Assembly: GCA_027488975.1 (NCBI GenBank)
Contig: JAIYAQ010000021.1
Coordinates: 12,455-76,454 of the forward strand
Length of the DNA stretch: 64,000 bases
Direction: 5' to 3'
Source: Cyanobium sp. E1_MAG_00006
Lineage (GTDB): Bacteria > Cyanobacteriota > Cyanobacteriia > PCC-6307 > Cyanobiaceae
The notes under the pieces are model-generated. The model was not told the DNA's origin, did not search any database, and saw only the letters and a program-made list of their open reading frames with translations. Positions 1 to 8,250 of the stretch are shown piece after piece. Numbering within the stretch: position 1 is the stretch's first letter; the number at the start of each line of letters is the position of its first letter. Both the position numbers and the translations under genes were made by a program.

Positions 1-71
1 GCTCCAGAGGTGGAGGCCGCCTGAAACAGGGCGGCACTGGTGGCAGGCCGTCCGTGTGGCGTCGCCTGCCT

Positions 72-272
72 TCAGATGCCCTCGATCAGGCTGCGGCTGC
101 GGCAATTCACTTCCTCAAGCACCACACCGTCCTGATCCACCAGGCGATAGCAGCGCCCTGTGAGCCGGGCCTTGGTCATCGCCGCGGTGTAGGCCTTGAA
201 GTGGGTGCGCCGCCAGACTTCGTTGCGCCAGTCAGGCTCGCCCAGGCCTCGGCTCTGGATCACGATCGGCAT
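72..272 (-). CDS. small hypothetical protein (picocyanobacterial type)
   Basis: ORF MPIVIQSRGLGEPDWRNEVWRRTHFKAYTAAMTKARLTGRCYRLVD..., ATG at 272, GC3-rich codons. Confidence 0.6.
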   Translation of the reverse strand: MPIVIQSRGLGEPDWRNEVWRRTHFKAYTAAMTKARLTGRCYRLVDQDGVVLEEVNCRSRSLIEGI

Positions 273-597
273 GGCGGCAAGCACTCGGTCCAGTGCCTCC
301 AGCCTCCACAGTGCGGACTGCTCCTGCCCGAAATCTGCCGGGCTTCTTCGGGATTGGTACGACGGCGGCGCTGTTGCGCTGCAGCCGCTGAATCGGCGGT
401 GCCTCGCGGCGAATTCTCACGCGGTACGTCACATGGGCCGGACCGAAGTGCTGGATCAGGGCTTCACGGGCCTCATGCTGCAGTTCCTCAAGGCTGGCGG
501 CCTCGATCGTGATCGGTAGCGGCCCGGCACTGGCGCGGAGCTGAGCCGCCGCACCCGGCGGTCCGCCTGGCTGCAAGCGGAACTCGATCTCACGCAT
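232..597 (-). CDS. HicB-like small protein, paralog of 27958-28164
   Basis: MREIEF...ITIEAASLEELQHEAREALIQHFG resembles the HicB-like pattern IxTEAxxLEELxxxxRDAVxxHF; near-identical core in the second copy; C-terminal extension doubtful. Confidence 0.55.
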   Translation of the reverse strand: MREIEFRLQPGGPPGAAAQLRASAGPLPITIEAASLEELQHEAREALIQHFGPAHVTYRVRIRREAPPIQRLQRNSAAVVPIPKKPGRFRAGAVRTVEAGGTGPSACRHADRDPEPRPGRA

Positions 598-687
598 GGC
601 GTATGGCCTCTCTCGCAATGCCATCCTGTGCGCCATCGCCATTCCTACGGCGTGCCGGCGAATACGGCTCCCCGCACCTGCCGGCAC

Positions 688-1047
688 TCAGCCCCCCGGC
701 CGCAGGGGCACAGCAATGCGGTTGCCATTGGCCGTGTTGGTGAACACGGCATTCCCCTGGCCGAGCACCTCGCGTCGCCAGATCCCGCCGAGCGAATCGC
801 GCAGGGTTGAGAAGGGAAAGCCCTCCTGGATGAGCCGGTAGGTCATCGTCTTGCCGTCCTTCCAGACGATCCGCACCGTGCCGTCGCTGCTGTGGCTGTC
901 GCGGCAGGGAATCGTGCGGTCGTTGAAGCTGCAGGGCTTCCAGGGTTCAGCCCCGGCCGCCATGGCCGGCAGGCTGACCATGGCCACAAGGGCGGCGGTG
1001 CACAGACTCAAGCGGCCGCGACCGTTGCGAACAGGGGCCCGATCCAT
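688..1047 (-). CDS. secreted hypothetical protein
   Basis: signal peptide (LVAMVSLPAMA-AG) followed by a small beta-rich domain with two Cys. Confidence 0.7.
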   Translation of the reverse strand: MDRAPVRNGRGRLSLCTAALVAMVSLPAMAAGAEPWKPCSFNDRTIPCRDSHSSDGTVRIVWKDGKTMTYRLIQEGFPFSTLRDSLGGIWRREVLGQGNAVFTNTANGNRIAVPLRPGG

Positions 1048-1106
1048 GGCGGCGATGGCACACACTCTGGCCGTAGTCTTCCGCCGATCGGAGGATTCGG
1101 CCGCGT

Positions 1107-1598
1107 TCAGCGGCCCTGGATCAGCGCAGGCTGCTCGGGATGGCGCCGGCCGAGCTGACGATCCTCGGCCGCACGGCGGCAGGTGAGCAGAAACAGCGAC
1201 ATCTCGATCCCGAAGGCCTGCTCAAACTGCCCCACCACATTGCGGCTGGCGCTGAGGCCACACGCCACAATCGCGCGGCGCAGACCCTGGCGAGGCTGCG
1301 CGCTGAGCGCTGCGAACAATCGGTTGAGGCGATGCTCGAACAGCGCCTCGGCGGGTGTCATGCCGCGGATCTGTTCAAAGCTGAAATCCAACCAATCCTT
1401 AGGAATCCCCAGGGATGGGACCATCTCACCCAGGGCGCCGGGCTCGGAAAAATGCTGCGCGAAATAGCGAAGCCCAACCGCCACAATCTGAATCGGAGTG
1501 CCGCAGCCCTCCCCCAGCCGACCGAACGGATCCACACCAGCAGAACGGTCATCGGCTGAGCCACGGGCAGCCGAGCGTGGAACGGCTGAGCGGGACAT
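1107..1598 (-). CDS. stand-alone, degenerate AraC-type HTH protein
   Basis: LRYFAQHFSEP...SFEQIRGMTPAEALFEHRLNRL...IVACGL...FEQAFGI follows the AraC HTH spacing (F..GMTP..y..RL...A..CG...F...FG); no sensor domain; start uncertain. Confidence 0.55.
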   Translation of the reverse strand: MSRSAVPRSAARGSADDRSAGVDPFGRLGEGCGTPIQIVAVGLRYFAQHFSEPGALGEMVPSLGIPKDWLDFSFEQIRGMTPAEALFEHRLNRLFAALSAQPRQGLRRAIVACGLSASRNVVGQFEQAFGIEMSLFLLTCRRAAEDRQLGRRHPEQPALIQGR

Positions 1599-1867
1599 GG
1601 CAGAGCCGGGAACAGCCCTGAAAGGCTCCGGCAGAAGACACAGCGCCACGGTGGAATCGTTTCACCTCCTTCTTCCTTCAGGCTGGGCGGGGCTGGGTGG
1701 CTTTGCAAGCAAGCCGGCGGAACTGGCACACAGCGCAAGACTTCAGCCCGCATGCGATGCCTGCAGGCCATGCAGGAGCGGCGGATTGATGAACAACGCA
1801 ACTCGCAGTTCAGCACTGGACGCTGCATCAACAAGCGTTATGGTGGCCGGAGATCACCATTTCATCC

Positions 1868-2230
1868 ATGCTCACCGGTTCCGATCTTCTCGCCAAAGTC
1901 AAGGATCTCGGCGATGCCTCCAAGTCCGATCTCGTGCGTGCCTGCGGCTACGTGAGCACCAAGAAGGACGGCAGCGAACGCCTGAACTTCACCGCTTTCT
2001 ACGAGGCTCTGCTGGAAGCCAAAGGCCTGAGCCTTGGCAGCGACGGAGCCGGCAAAGGTAAAGGCGGCCGCAAGCTCAGCTATGTGGCCACAGTGCAAGG
2101 CAACGGCAATCTGCTGGTGGGCAAGGCCTACACCGCCATGCTCGATCTCAAGCCGGGCGATGAGTTCGAGATCAAGATCGGTCGCAAGCAGATCAAGCTG
2201 ATCCCCGCCGGCGGCGCCGAAGAGGAGTGA
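1868..2230 (+). CDS. abrB: cyanobacterial AbrB-like transcriptional regulator (cyAbrB)
   Basis: MLTGSDLLAKVK...ACGY...FTAFYEALLEAKG...LSYVATVQGNGNLLVGKAYT...PGDEFEIK. Confidence 0.95.
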   Translation: MLTGSDLLAKVKDLGDASKSDLVRACGYVSTKKDGSERLNFTAFYEALLEAKGLSLGSDGAGKGKGGRKLSYVATVQGNGNLLVGKAYTAMLDLKPGDEFEIKIGRKQIKLIPAGGAEEE

Positions 2231-2267
2231 TCGTCCGCAACCCACTCAGTCCAGTTCTGTCGCTGCG

Positions 2268-2672
2268 ATGCTCCGCTTTCTGCTGAACCTGCTCTGGTTC
2301 GTGTTGGGCGGCGTTGTGATGGGCCTGGGCTGGTGGCTGGCCGGCATCATCTGTGCGATCACGATCGTGGGCCTGCCCTGGGCGCGGTCCTGTTTCGTGA
2401 TCGGCAATTTCTCCTTCTGGCCCTTCGGTCAGGAAGCCGTCAGCAGGCGCGAGCTCCATGGCCGTGGCGACCTCGGCACCGGCCCGCTCGGCCTGCTCGG
2501 CAATGTGTTGTGGTTTCTGGTGGCGGGCTGGTGGCTGGCGATCGGCCACCTCAGCTCAGCGCTGGCTTGTTTCATCACGATCGTCGGCATTCCCTTTGGG
2601 ATGCAGCACATCAAGCTGGCCCTGATCGCCCTGGCACCGGTGGGGATGCAGGTGGTGCCGCGGCGCAACTGA
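2268..2672 (+). CDS. yccF: YccF-domain inner membrane protein
   Basis: duplicated LGNxLWF...GWW/AIGH...ITIVGxP...PxG repeats. Confidence 0.9.
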   Translation: MLRFLLNLLWFVLGGVVMGLGWWLAGIICAITIVGLPWARSCFVIGNFSFWPFGQEAVSRRELHGRGDLGTGPLGLLGNVLWFLVAGWWLAIGHLSSALACFITIVGIPFGMQHIKLALIALAPVGMQVVPRRN

Positions 2673-2780
2673 GCCCAGGGCTGGCGCCGCACACTGCAGC
2701 ACTAATGTGTCAGATCCCCCCGCCGTGGTCCGCAGCAGCCGTTTGGAGCTAGCAGTAGGGGGTTGTGCCATAAGCCCGCC

Positions 2781-3545
2781 GTGATCCCGGAGACCGCAGC
2801 CAGCCCGCTCAGGATCTTGGTGGCCGACGATGAGGCCAGCATCCGCCGCATCCTGGAAACCCGTCTGCGCATGCAGGGGCACGAGGTGATGGCCGCCGAG
2901 AACGGTGAGCGTGCTCTGGAGCTGTTCCGTGGCTTCGCGCCGGATCTTGTGGTGCTCGACGTGATGATGCCCGAGCTGGACGGCTTCGCCGTGATCGAGC
3001 GGATCCGGGCTCAATCGGAGGTGCCGATTATCCTGCTCACCGCCCTCAGTGAGGTGTCGGACCGGATCACCGGCCTGCAGCTCGGTGCTGATGACTACAT
3101 GGTCAAACCCTTCAGCCCCAAGGAGCTGGAGGCCCGCATCCGTTGCATGATGCGCCGCACCCGCCTCGGCCAGGCGAGCGCGGCAGCGGGCGGCAGCCGC
3201 GGCGCCGCCCAGCTGGTGCTCGGTGATCTGCGCGTGGATGTGAACAAGCGCCAGGCTTACCGCAACGACGAGCGCATCCGGCTCACGGGGATGGAGTTCA
3301 ACCTGCTGGAGCTGCTGATCAGCCGTTCGGGAGAACCGATCAGCCGCCTCGACATCCTTGAGCACGTGTGGGGGTACAAGCCCGAGCGCTCCTCCGACAG
3401 CCGCGTGGTGGACGTGCACATCTCACGGCTGCGCGCCAAGCTCGAGCAGGACCCTGAACAACCCGAGCTGATCCTCACCGCCCGGGGCATGGGCTACATG
3501 TTCCAGCGGATTCCCCAAGCGGTGGCGGCGACTCCGTCGACCTGA
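2781..3545 (+). CDS. OmpR-family response regulator, RpaB/Ycf27-like paralog
   Basis: receiver DLVVLDVMMP (phospho-Asp intact), KPFSPKELEARI; wHTH LTGMEFNLLELL...VWGY.PER..DSRVVDVHISRLRAKLE.DP..PELILTARG.GY; GTG start assumed. Confidence 0.85.
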   Translation: MIPETAASPLRILVADDEASIRRILETRLRMQGHEVMAAENGERALELFRGFAPDLVVLDVMMPELDGFAVIERIRAQSEVPIILLTALSEVSDRITGLQLGADDYMVKPFSPKELEARIRCMMRRTRLGQASAAAGGSRGAAQLVLGDLRVDVNKRQAYRNDERIRLTGMEFNLLELLISRSGEPISRLDILEHVWGYKPERSSDSRVVDVHISRLRAKLEQDPEQPELILTARGMGYMFQRIPQAVAATPST

Positions 3546-3573
3546 GGGGTGATTCATCCCCATAGCAGAACTC

Positions 3574-4479
3574 TCACTCCTCGGGCCCGATGCCCTGCGC
3601 AGTCCGGTCGTGCTCCAGCAGCCGCTCCACCAGGAGCTTGAGCAGCAACGACACGATTGCCACGCCGCCCAGAACGGTGGCGGCACCGAAGGCCAGCTCG
3701 GTGTTGTACTGCTTGTAGGCGTCCTCCACAAACAGCGGCAGGGTCTGGGTTTCGCCGCGGATGTTGCCGCTCACCACCGACACAGCCCCGAATTCTCCGA
3801 GAGCCCTGGCGGCGGTGAGGATCAGGCCGTAGAGAGCCGCCCAGCGCACCGAGGGGAGGGTCACCTTCCAGAACACCTGCCAGTCATTGGCCCCGAGCGT
3901 CTTGGCGGCTTCCTCCTGGTCCCAGCCCTCCTCCTCGAGCAGCGGAATCACCTCCCTAGCCATGAACGGGAAGGTCACGATGATCGTGGCCAGCACGATG
4001 CCAGGGGTGGAGAAGATGATCTTCAGGCCGAGGGCGTTCAGCAGCCCGGCGAACAGCCCGTTGTTGGGGCTGTAGAGCAGCACCAGCATTAGACCCACCA
4101 CCACCGGCGAGATCGAGAACGGCAGGTCGATCACGCTGAGCAGCAGGGCCTTGCCGGGGAACTGGCGCCGGGCAATGGCAGTGGCCGCCGCGAGGCCGAA
4201 GATGCAGTTAGCTGGCACCACGATGGCCGCATCCAGCAGCGTGAGGCGCAGGGCCGACATCAGATCGGGCGACTGGAAGTTCTCCAGGAACGGGGCCAGG
4301 CCCTTGGCGAACGCCTGAACCACAACGGCAATGGCCGGCAGCAGGATGATCACGCCCACGTAGAGGCACGAGACCAGCACGATCAGGGCGGGGCCCAGGC
4401 TTTTCAGGCGTGCCCGGAAGGTGGGTTTGACCCAGGCGGGCGGCTGAACATCCTCGAGTGGCGGGGTGACGAAAGTCAT
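3574..4479 (-). CDS. cysW: sulfate ABC transporter permease CysW
   Basis: IDLPFSISPVVVGL, EEAAKTLGA (EAA loop), ARALGEFGAV, TQTLPLFVEDAYKQY. Confidence 0.95.
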   Translation of the reverse strand: MTFVTPPLEDVQPPAWVKPTFRARLKSLGPALIVLVSCLYVGVIILLPAIAVVVQAFAKGLAPFLENFQSPDLMSALRLTLLDAAIVVPANCIFGLAAATAIARRQFPGKALLLSVIDLPFSISPVVVGLMLVLLYSPNNGLFAGLLNALGLKIIFSTPGIVLATIIVTFPFMAREVIPLLEEEGWDQEEAAKTLGANDWQVFWKVTLPSVRWAALYGLILTAARALGEFGAVSVVSGNIRGETQTLPLFVEDAYKQYNTELAFGAATVLGGVAIVSLLLKLLVERLLEHDRTAQGIGPEE

Positions 4480-4522
4480 GGCAACACCGGCGGCAGAGAG
4501 CTGAGCGGGAGAGCGGAGCGCA

Positions 4523-5377
4523 TCAGGTGGCCTCGGCGCCCTGGTAGCGCTGACCCCAGACCTGCAGGAGGTTGATCACCAGCAGACTCACCAGTGCGAA
4601 CAGCAGCATCACGGTGCCGATCACCGTGGCGGCCGGCAGGTCGTATTCCTCCAGCTTCTGCACGATCAGCGTGGGCGTGATCAGATCGCGGAAGGGCACG
4701 TTGCTGGAGATCATGATCACGGATCCGTACTCCCCCACAGCGCGGCTGTAACCCTGGGCGACGCCCGAGAGAATCGCCGGCAGCAGTTGCGGCAGGACCA
4801 CTCGGAAGAAGGTCTGGCTCTGGCTCGCGCCGAGGCACCACGACGCCTCCTCCTGCTCCTTCTCGAGGGAACGGAGCACCGGCTCCACGGTGCGCACCAC
4901 GAAGGGAAGGGAGATGAACACCATCGCCACGGCAACCCCGAAGGAGGTGAAGGCCACCTTCACGCCGAACAACTGCAGGATCGGCCGGCCCAGCCAGCCC
5001 TCTTCGCTGTAAACGGCCGTGAGCGCCAGGCCCGCCACGGCGGTGGGGAGGGCAAAAGGCAGATCGATCAGCGAATCCAGCAGCCGCTGGCCAGGGAAGC
5101 GGCAACGGATGAGTGCCCAGGCAATCACCAGGCCAAACAGACCATTGATCAGGCTGGCGATCAGGGCCAGTCCGAAACTGATCTTGTAGGTGGCCACAGC
5201 CTCGGGGGATGTGGCGATCTCCCAGAAGTCCGCCGGCCCGACGTGGAAGGCCTTGAGCAACATGCCGCCGAGCGGCAGAAAGAGCATCAGGCTGAGATAC
5301 AACCAGGTGATGCGCCACGACCAGCTGGGCAGCTGGAGCCTGGGCAAGCGCCGCAGGCGGGAGAGAACAGCGGCCAT
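4523..5377 (-). CDS. cysT: sulfate ABC transporter permease CysT (CysU)
   Basis: DLPFALPTAVAGL, LPFVVRTVEPVL, EEASWCLGAS, GEYGSVIMIS; ATG at 5377 chosen, ORF extends to 5458. Confidence 0.95.
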   Translation of the reverse strand: MAAVLSRLRRLPRLQLPSWSWRITWLYLSLMLFLPLGGMLLKAFHVGPADFWEIATSPEAVATYKISFGLALIASLINGLFGLVIAWALIRCRFPGQRLLDSLIDLPFALPTAVAGLALTAVYSEEGWLGRPILQLFGVKVAFTSFGVAVAMVFISLPFVVRTVEPVLRSLEKEQEEASWCLGASQSQTFFRVVLPQLLPAILSGVAQGYSRAVGEYGSVIMISSNVPFRDLITPTLIVQKLEEYDLPAATVIGTVMLLFALVSLLVINLLQVWGQRYQGAEAT

Positions 5378-5569
5378 TGCGCTGGTCGTACCGGAGTAAC
5401 CCGAACGTACCACCAGATCAGAGTCAATACAACGGTAATCCACCGGGTTTATGGCCATAGCATGCCGCTAGCGCTTGCCGCCAACGGAGCAGACGGATCA
5501 GGGAGCTGGAGCAGCCCGAGCTGACCCCATCCCTACGTCTGGTCAAAATGGATCAAACGATCAGCCGCC

Positions 5570-6592
5570 ATGGGCATCCGGGTCGCCAACGTCAGTAAGC
5601 GCTTCGGTGACTTCCACGCCGTGGATGAAGTCAGCGTTGATGTGGAGAGCGGCTCCCTGGTGGCCCTGCTGGGCCCATCCGGTTCCGGCAAGAGCACCCT
5701 GCTGCGCCTGATCGCCGGCCTTGAGGAGATCGACAGCGGCCGCATCTGGATCACGGGTGAAGAAGCCACCGGCCGCACCGTTCAGGACCGCCAGGTGGGC
5801 TTCGTGTTCCAACACTTCGCCCTGTTCAAGCACCGCACGGTGCGCCAGAACGTGGCCTTCGGCCTGGAGCTGCGCCGCTGGAAACGGGAGGCGATCCGTC
5901 GCCGCGTCGACGAACTGCTGGACCTGGTGCAGCTGCAGGGCCTCGGCAACCGCTACCCCTCCCAGCTCTCCGGTGGCCAGCGGCAGCGGGTGGCCCTGGC
6001 CCGGGCGCTGGCGGTGCAACCGCGGGTGCTGCTGCTGGACGAACCCTTCAGCGCCCTCGACGCCAAGGTGCGCAAGGAACTGCGGGCCTGGCTGCGCCAG
6101 CTCCACGATGAGATGCACGTCACCACCGTGATCGTGACCCACGACCAGGAGGAGGCGATGGAGGTGGCCGACAAGATCGTGGTGATGAACCACGGCAGGG
6201 TGGAGCAGATCGGCACCCCGGCTGAGATCTATGACCACCCGGCCACCCCCTTCGTGATGGGCTTCATCGGGGCGGTCAACGTGTTGCCCCAGGGGGCGAT
6301 CCAGGTGGCCAGTGGCACCGGCGCCGGCACTCCGGCGGAAGCGCAGTTGTTCGTACGCCCCCACGATGTGGAGGTGTTCACCGAGCCCCAGGCCGGCACC
6401 GTTGCCGTGGAGCTGCGCCGCCTCAGCCACATGGGCCGCGATCTGCAGGCCGAGCTGGTGATGGCCGATGGCCAGGTGATCACAGCCCAGATCCCACGCG
6501 AGCAGATGGCGTTCGACAGCGTCAGCCCCGGCAGCCTCCTCCACGTGCGCAGCCGCGAGGCCCGCGCCTTCACGCCGGACTACAGCATCTGA
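5570..6592 (+). CDS. cysA: sulfate ABC transporter ATP-binding protein CysA
   Basis: Walker [44 protein letters not shown]-like C-terminus. Confidence 0.95.
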   Translation: MGIRVANVSKRFGDFHAVDEVSVDVESGSLVALLGPSGSGKSTLLRLIAGLEEIDSGRIWITGEEATGRTVQDRQVGFVFQHFALFKHRTVRQNVAFGLELRRWKREAIRRRVDELLDLVQLQGLGNRYPSQLSGGQRQRVALARALAVQPRVLLLDEPFSALDAKVRKELRAWLRQLHDEMHVTTVIVTHDQEEAMEVADKIVVMNHGRVEQIGTPAEIYDHPATPFVMGFIGAVNVLPQGAIQVASGTGAGTPAEAQLFVRPHDVEVFTEPQAGTVAVELRRLSHMGRDLQAELVMADGQVITAQIPREQMAFDSVSPGSLLHVRSREARAFTPDYSI

Positions 6593-6668
6593 ACCGGCGC
6601 GCAAGCCCCAAGGGCACATCACCGATCGGGAATAGCCTTTATGTTGCCGCCAGTCCTCGGAGCGGCTG

Positions 6669-7058
6669 TTGTTCTCGGCCACCTTTCGCTATGCCCTGAT
6701 CAGCCTGCTGGAGATCGCCGGCTCGGAGGACGGTGTGAACACGGCCTTGATCGCCCAGCGCCACAACATTCCCGGCACGTATCTCGCCAATGTGCTGCGT
6801 GATCTGCGCCGGCTGGGAGTGATCGTGAGCCAGAAGGGGCGCCGCGGCGGCTACCTGCTGGCCAAACCTCCGGAGCAGATCGATCTGCTGGCCATGCACC
6901 GTGGACTGGCTGGATCCAACGATCCAGCGGGATCGAAGCTGCAGGCACCCAGCGGCGCTGAAGTGTGGCTCCAGGCGATCGAGAACCGCTGGCGCCAGGA
7001 GCTGGCGAACACCAGCCTGCTGGACGTGCAACAGTTCGTACAAAAAGGTACGGAATGA
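6669..7058 (+). CDS. Rrf2-family transcriptional regulator (Cys-free)
   Basis: RYAL..L..IA...IA.R.NIP..YL..VL..LRR.G.I.S.KG..GGY.LAKPPEQI; no cysteines. Confidence 0.85.
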   Translation: MFSATFRYALISLLEIAGSEDGVNTALIAQRHNIPGTYLANVLRDLRRLGVIVSQKGRRGGYLLAKPPEQIDLLAMHRGLAGSNDPAGSKLQAPSGAEVWLQAIENRWRQELANTSLLDVQQFVQKGTE

Positions 7059-7151
7059 CTCGTCAATCCGCAGGCATCACAAGCGATGCGGCGCCAATCG
7101 TGAGCAGTTTTCACTGAAGATCGCGGCCAGAGCTGGCATCAGGAGGCCAGC

Positions 7152-7181
7152 AAAAAGCCAGCCACTGGAGGGCGGCTGGCT
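7152..7181 (-). terminator. Rho-independent terminator for the cysR transcript
   Basis: 8-bp stem AGCCAGCC/GGCTGGCT with an A-run on the + strand side (U-tract on the minus strand). Confidence 0.6.
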
Positions 7182-7224
7182 GGAGGAAGATCCACGAAGG
7201 ATCGAATGGATGGGTCTCAGGTGG

Positions 7225-7305
7225 TCAGGCCTGCGTGGTCTCTGACTGCAACATTCTCGCCCTGTGGGTACAGGCGAGGATGGCGATGGCGATCCAGAGC
7301 AACAT
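7225..7305 (-). CDS. 26-aa hydrophobic micropeptide (not in ORF track)
   Basis: MLLWIAIAILACTHRARMLQSETTQA*; ATG 2 nt after the stop of the upstream 58-aa ORF, upstream of the terminator. Confidence 0.4.
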   Translation of the reverse strand: MLLWIAIAILACTHRARMLQSETTQA

Positions 7306-7307
7306 GA

Positions 7308-7484
7308 TCAGCCCCCACGCCCCTGAGGCTTGTGGGCAACAGTTGCTGAATCAACCTCCAGCCAGTAAGCAGCCAGGCGACCATCGCAGCGGAACTGAGC
7401 CAGGGTCAGGGGGCCCTGGTGATGCAGCAGCTGGCCGTTGCGAAACTGCAGCGTATAACGAGGTGCAGAAGATGAGTGGGTCAT
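7308..7484 (-). CDS. 58-aa microprotein ending in Gly-Gly, ThiS/MoaD-like N-terminus (not in ORF track)
   Basis: MTHSSSAPRYTLQFRNGQLLHHQGPLTLAQFRCDGRLAAYWLEVDSATVAHKPQGRGG*; RBS GGAGGAG-ACG-ATG directly after the cysR stop. Confidence 0.6.
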   Translation of the reverse strand: MTHSSSAPRYTLQFRNGQLLHHQGPLTLAQFRCDGRLAAYWLEVDSATVAHKPQGRGG

Positions 7485-7495
7485 CGTCTCCTCCC

Positions 7496-8074
7496 TCAGG
7501 CAAAAACGGCGGAGATCGCGGTGGAGGGGATAAACAGATCGTCCTTACTGATCTGTTGCAGCACACCCTCACCCTTGTAACGGTTGAGCATCTTGGTCAC
7601 CGTCACCCGTGTCAGGCCGCAGAGATCAGCCAGTGATTTGTGGGTGAGGTTCATGTCCTTGAGCGAGAGGCGATAGCCCCTGGAACTCACCTGGCCGAAA
7701 CGCCGGCCGATCCAGGCCAGCAGGGTCAGCAGTCGCTGGTCGGCCGAGCGGATGCGGTTGAGTTGAAGAATCTCCTCGAGGTTCTGGATCTGCTGGAGCA
7801 GCAGCCGCTCCACATCGGAAGCGGCCGGCTGGAACTGCTCCACGATCACGGTGGAGATGCACTGGATCTCCACGGGCTTGAGGGCGGAGTAGGCGGCGGT
7901 GACCCAGTCACCGGGCCCCCAGACCCCGAGAACGATGAACTCTCCATCCTCGTCCCATGTGGAGGTGCGGATGTAGCCGTCCTGAATCTTCCAGTTCAGG
8001 GTTTCCTGCAGCACGTCACCGGGCTGCAGGGTGAGGCGGAGCGGTTGCTGTGTGGCGGTGGTGGCGGCAGGCAT
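7496..8074 (-). CDS. cysR: Crp/Fnr-family regulator, CysR-like
   Basis: Crp fold (G.F..LG.WGPGD) and HTH LTHKSLADLCGLTRVTVTKML; location inside a sulfate ABC cluster as known for Synechococcus CysR. Confidence 0.75.
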   Translation of the reverse strand: MPAATTATQQPLRLTLQPGDVLQETLNWKIQDGYIRTSTWDEDGEFIVLGVWGPGDWVTAAYSALKPVEIQCISTVIVEQFQPAASDVERLLLQQIQNLEEILQLNRIRSADQRLLTLLAWIGRRFGQVSSRGYRLSLKDMNLTHKSLADLCGLTRVTVTKMLNRYKGEGVLQQISKDDLFIPSTAISAVFA

Positions 8075-8250
8075 GGCGTGTCTGGCAGATGGATGTCATG
8101 GCTTGAAGGAAGGCCAGCGAAGCGCTGGCCGTAAGCACTCGGCGACAACAGCTCGTACGAGAGCCCGCGAGATGGCCCAAACTATAGCACTTATGCCCAA
8201 CCGGGAAACCGGATTATGTCGGCAGACCCGGATCTCTCGCCTGCCTCCGC

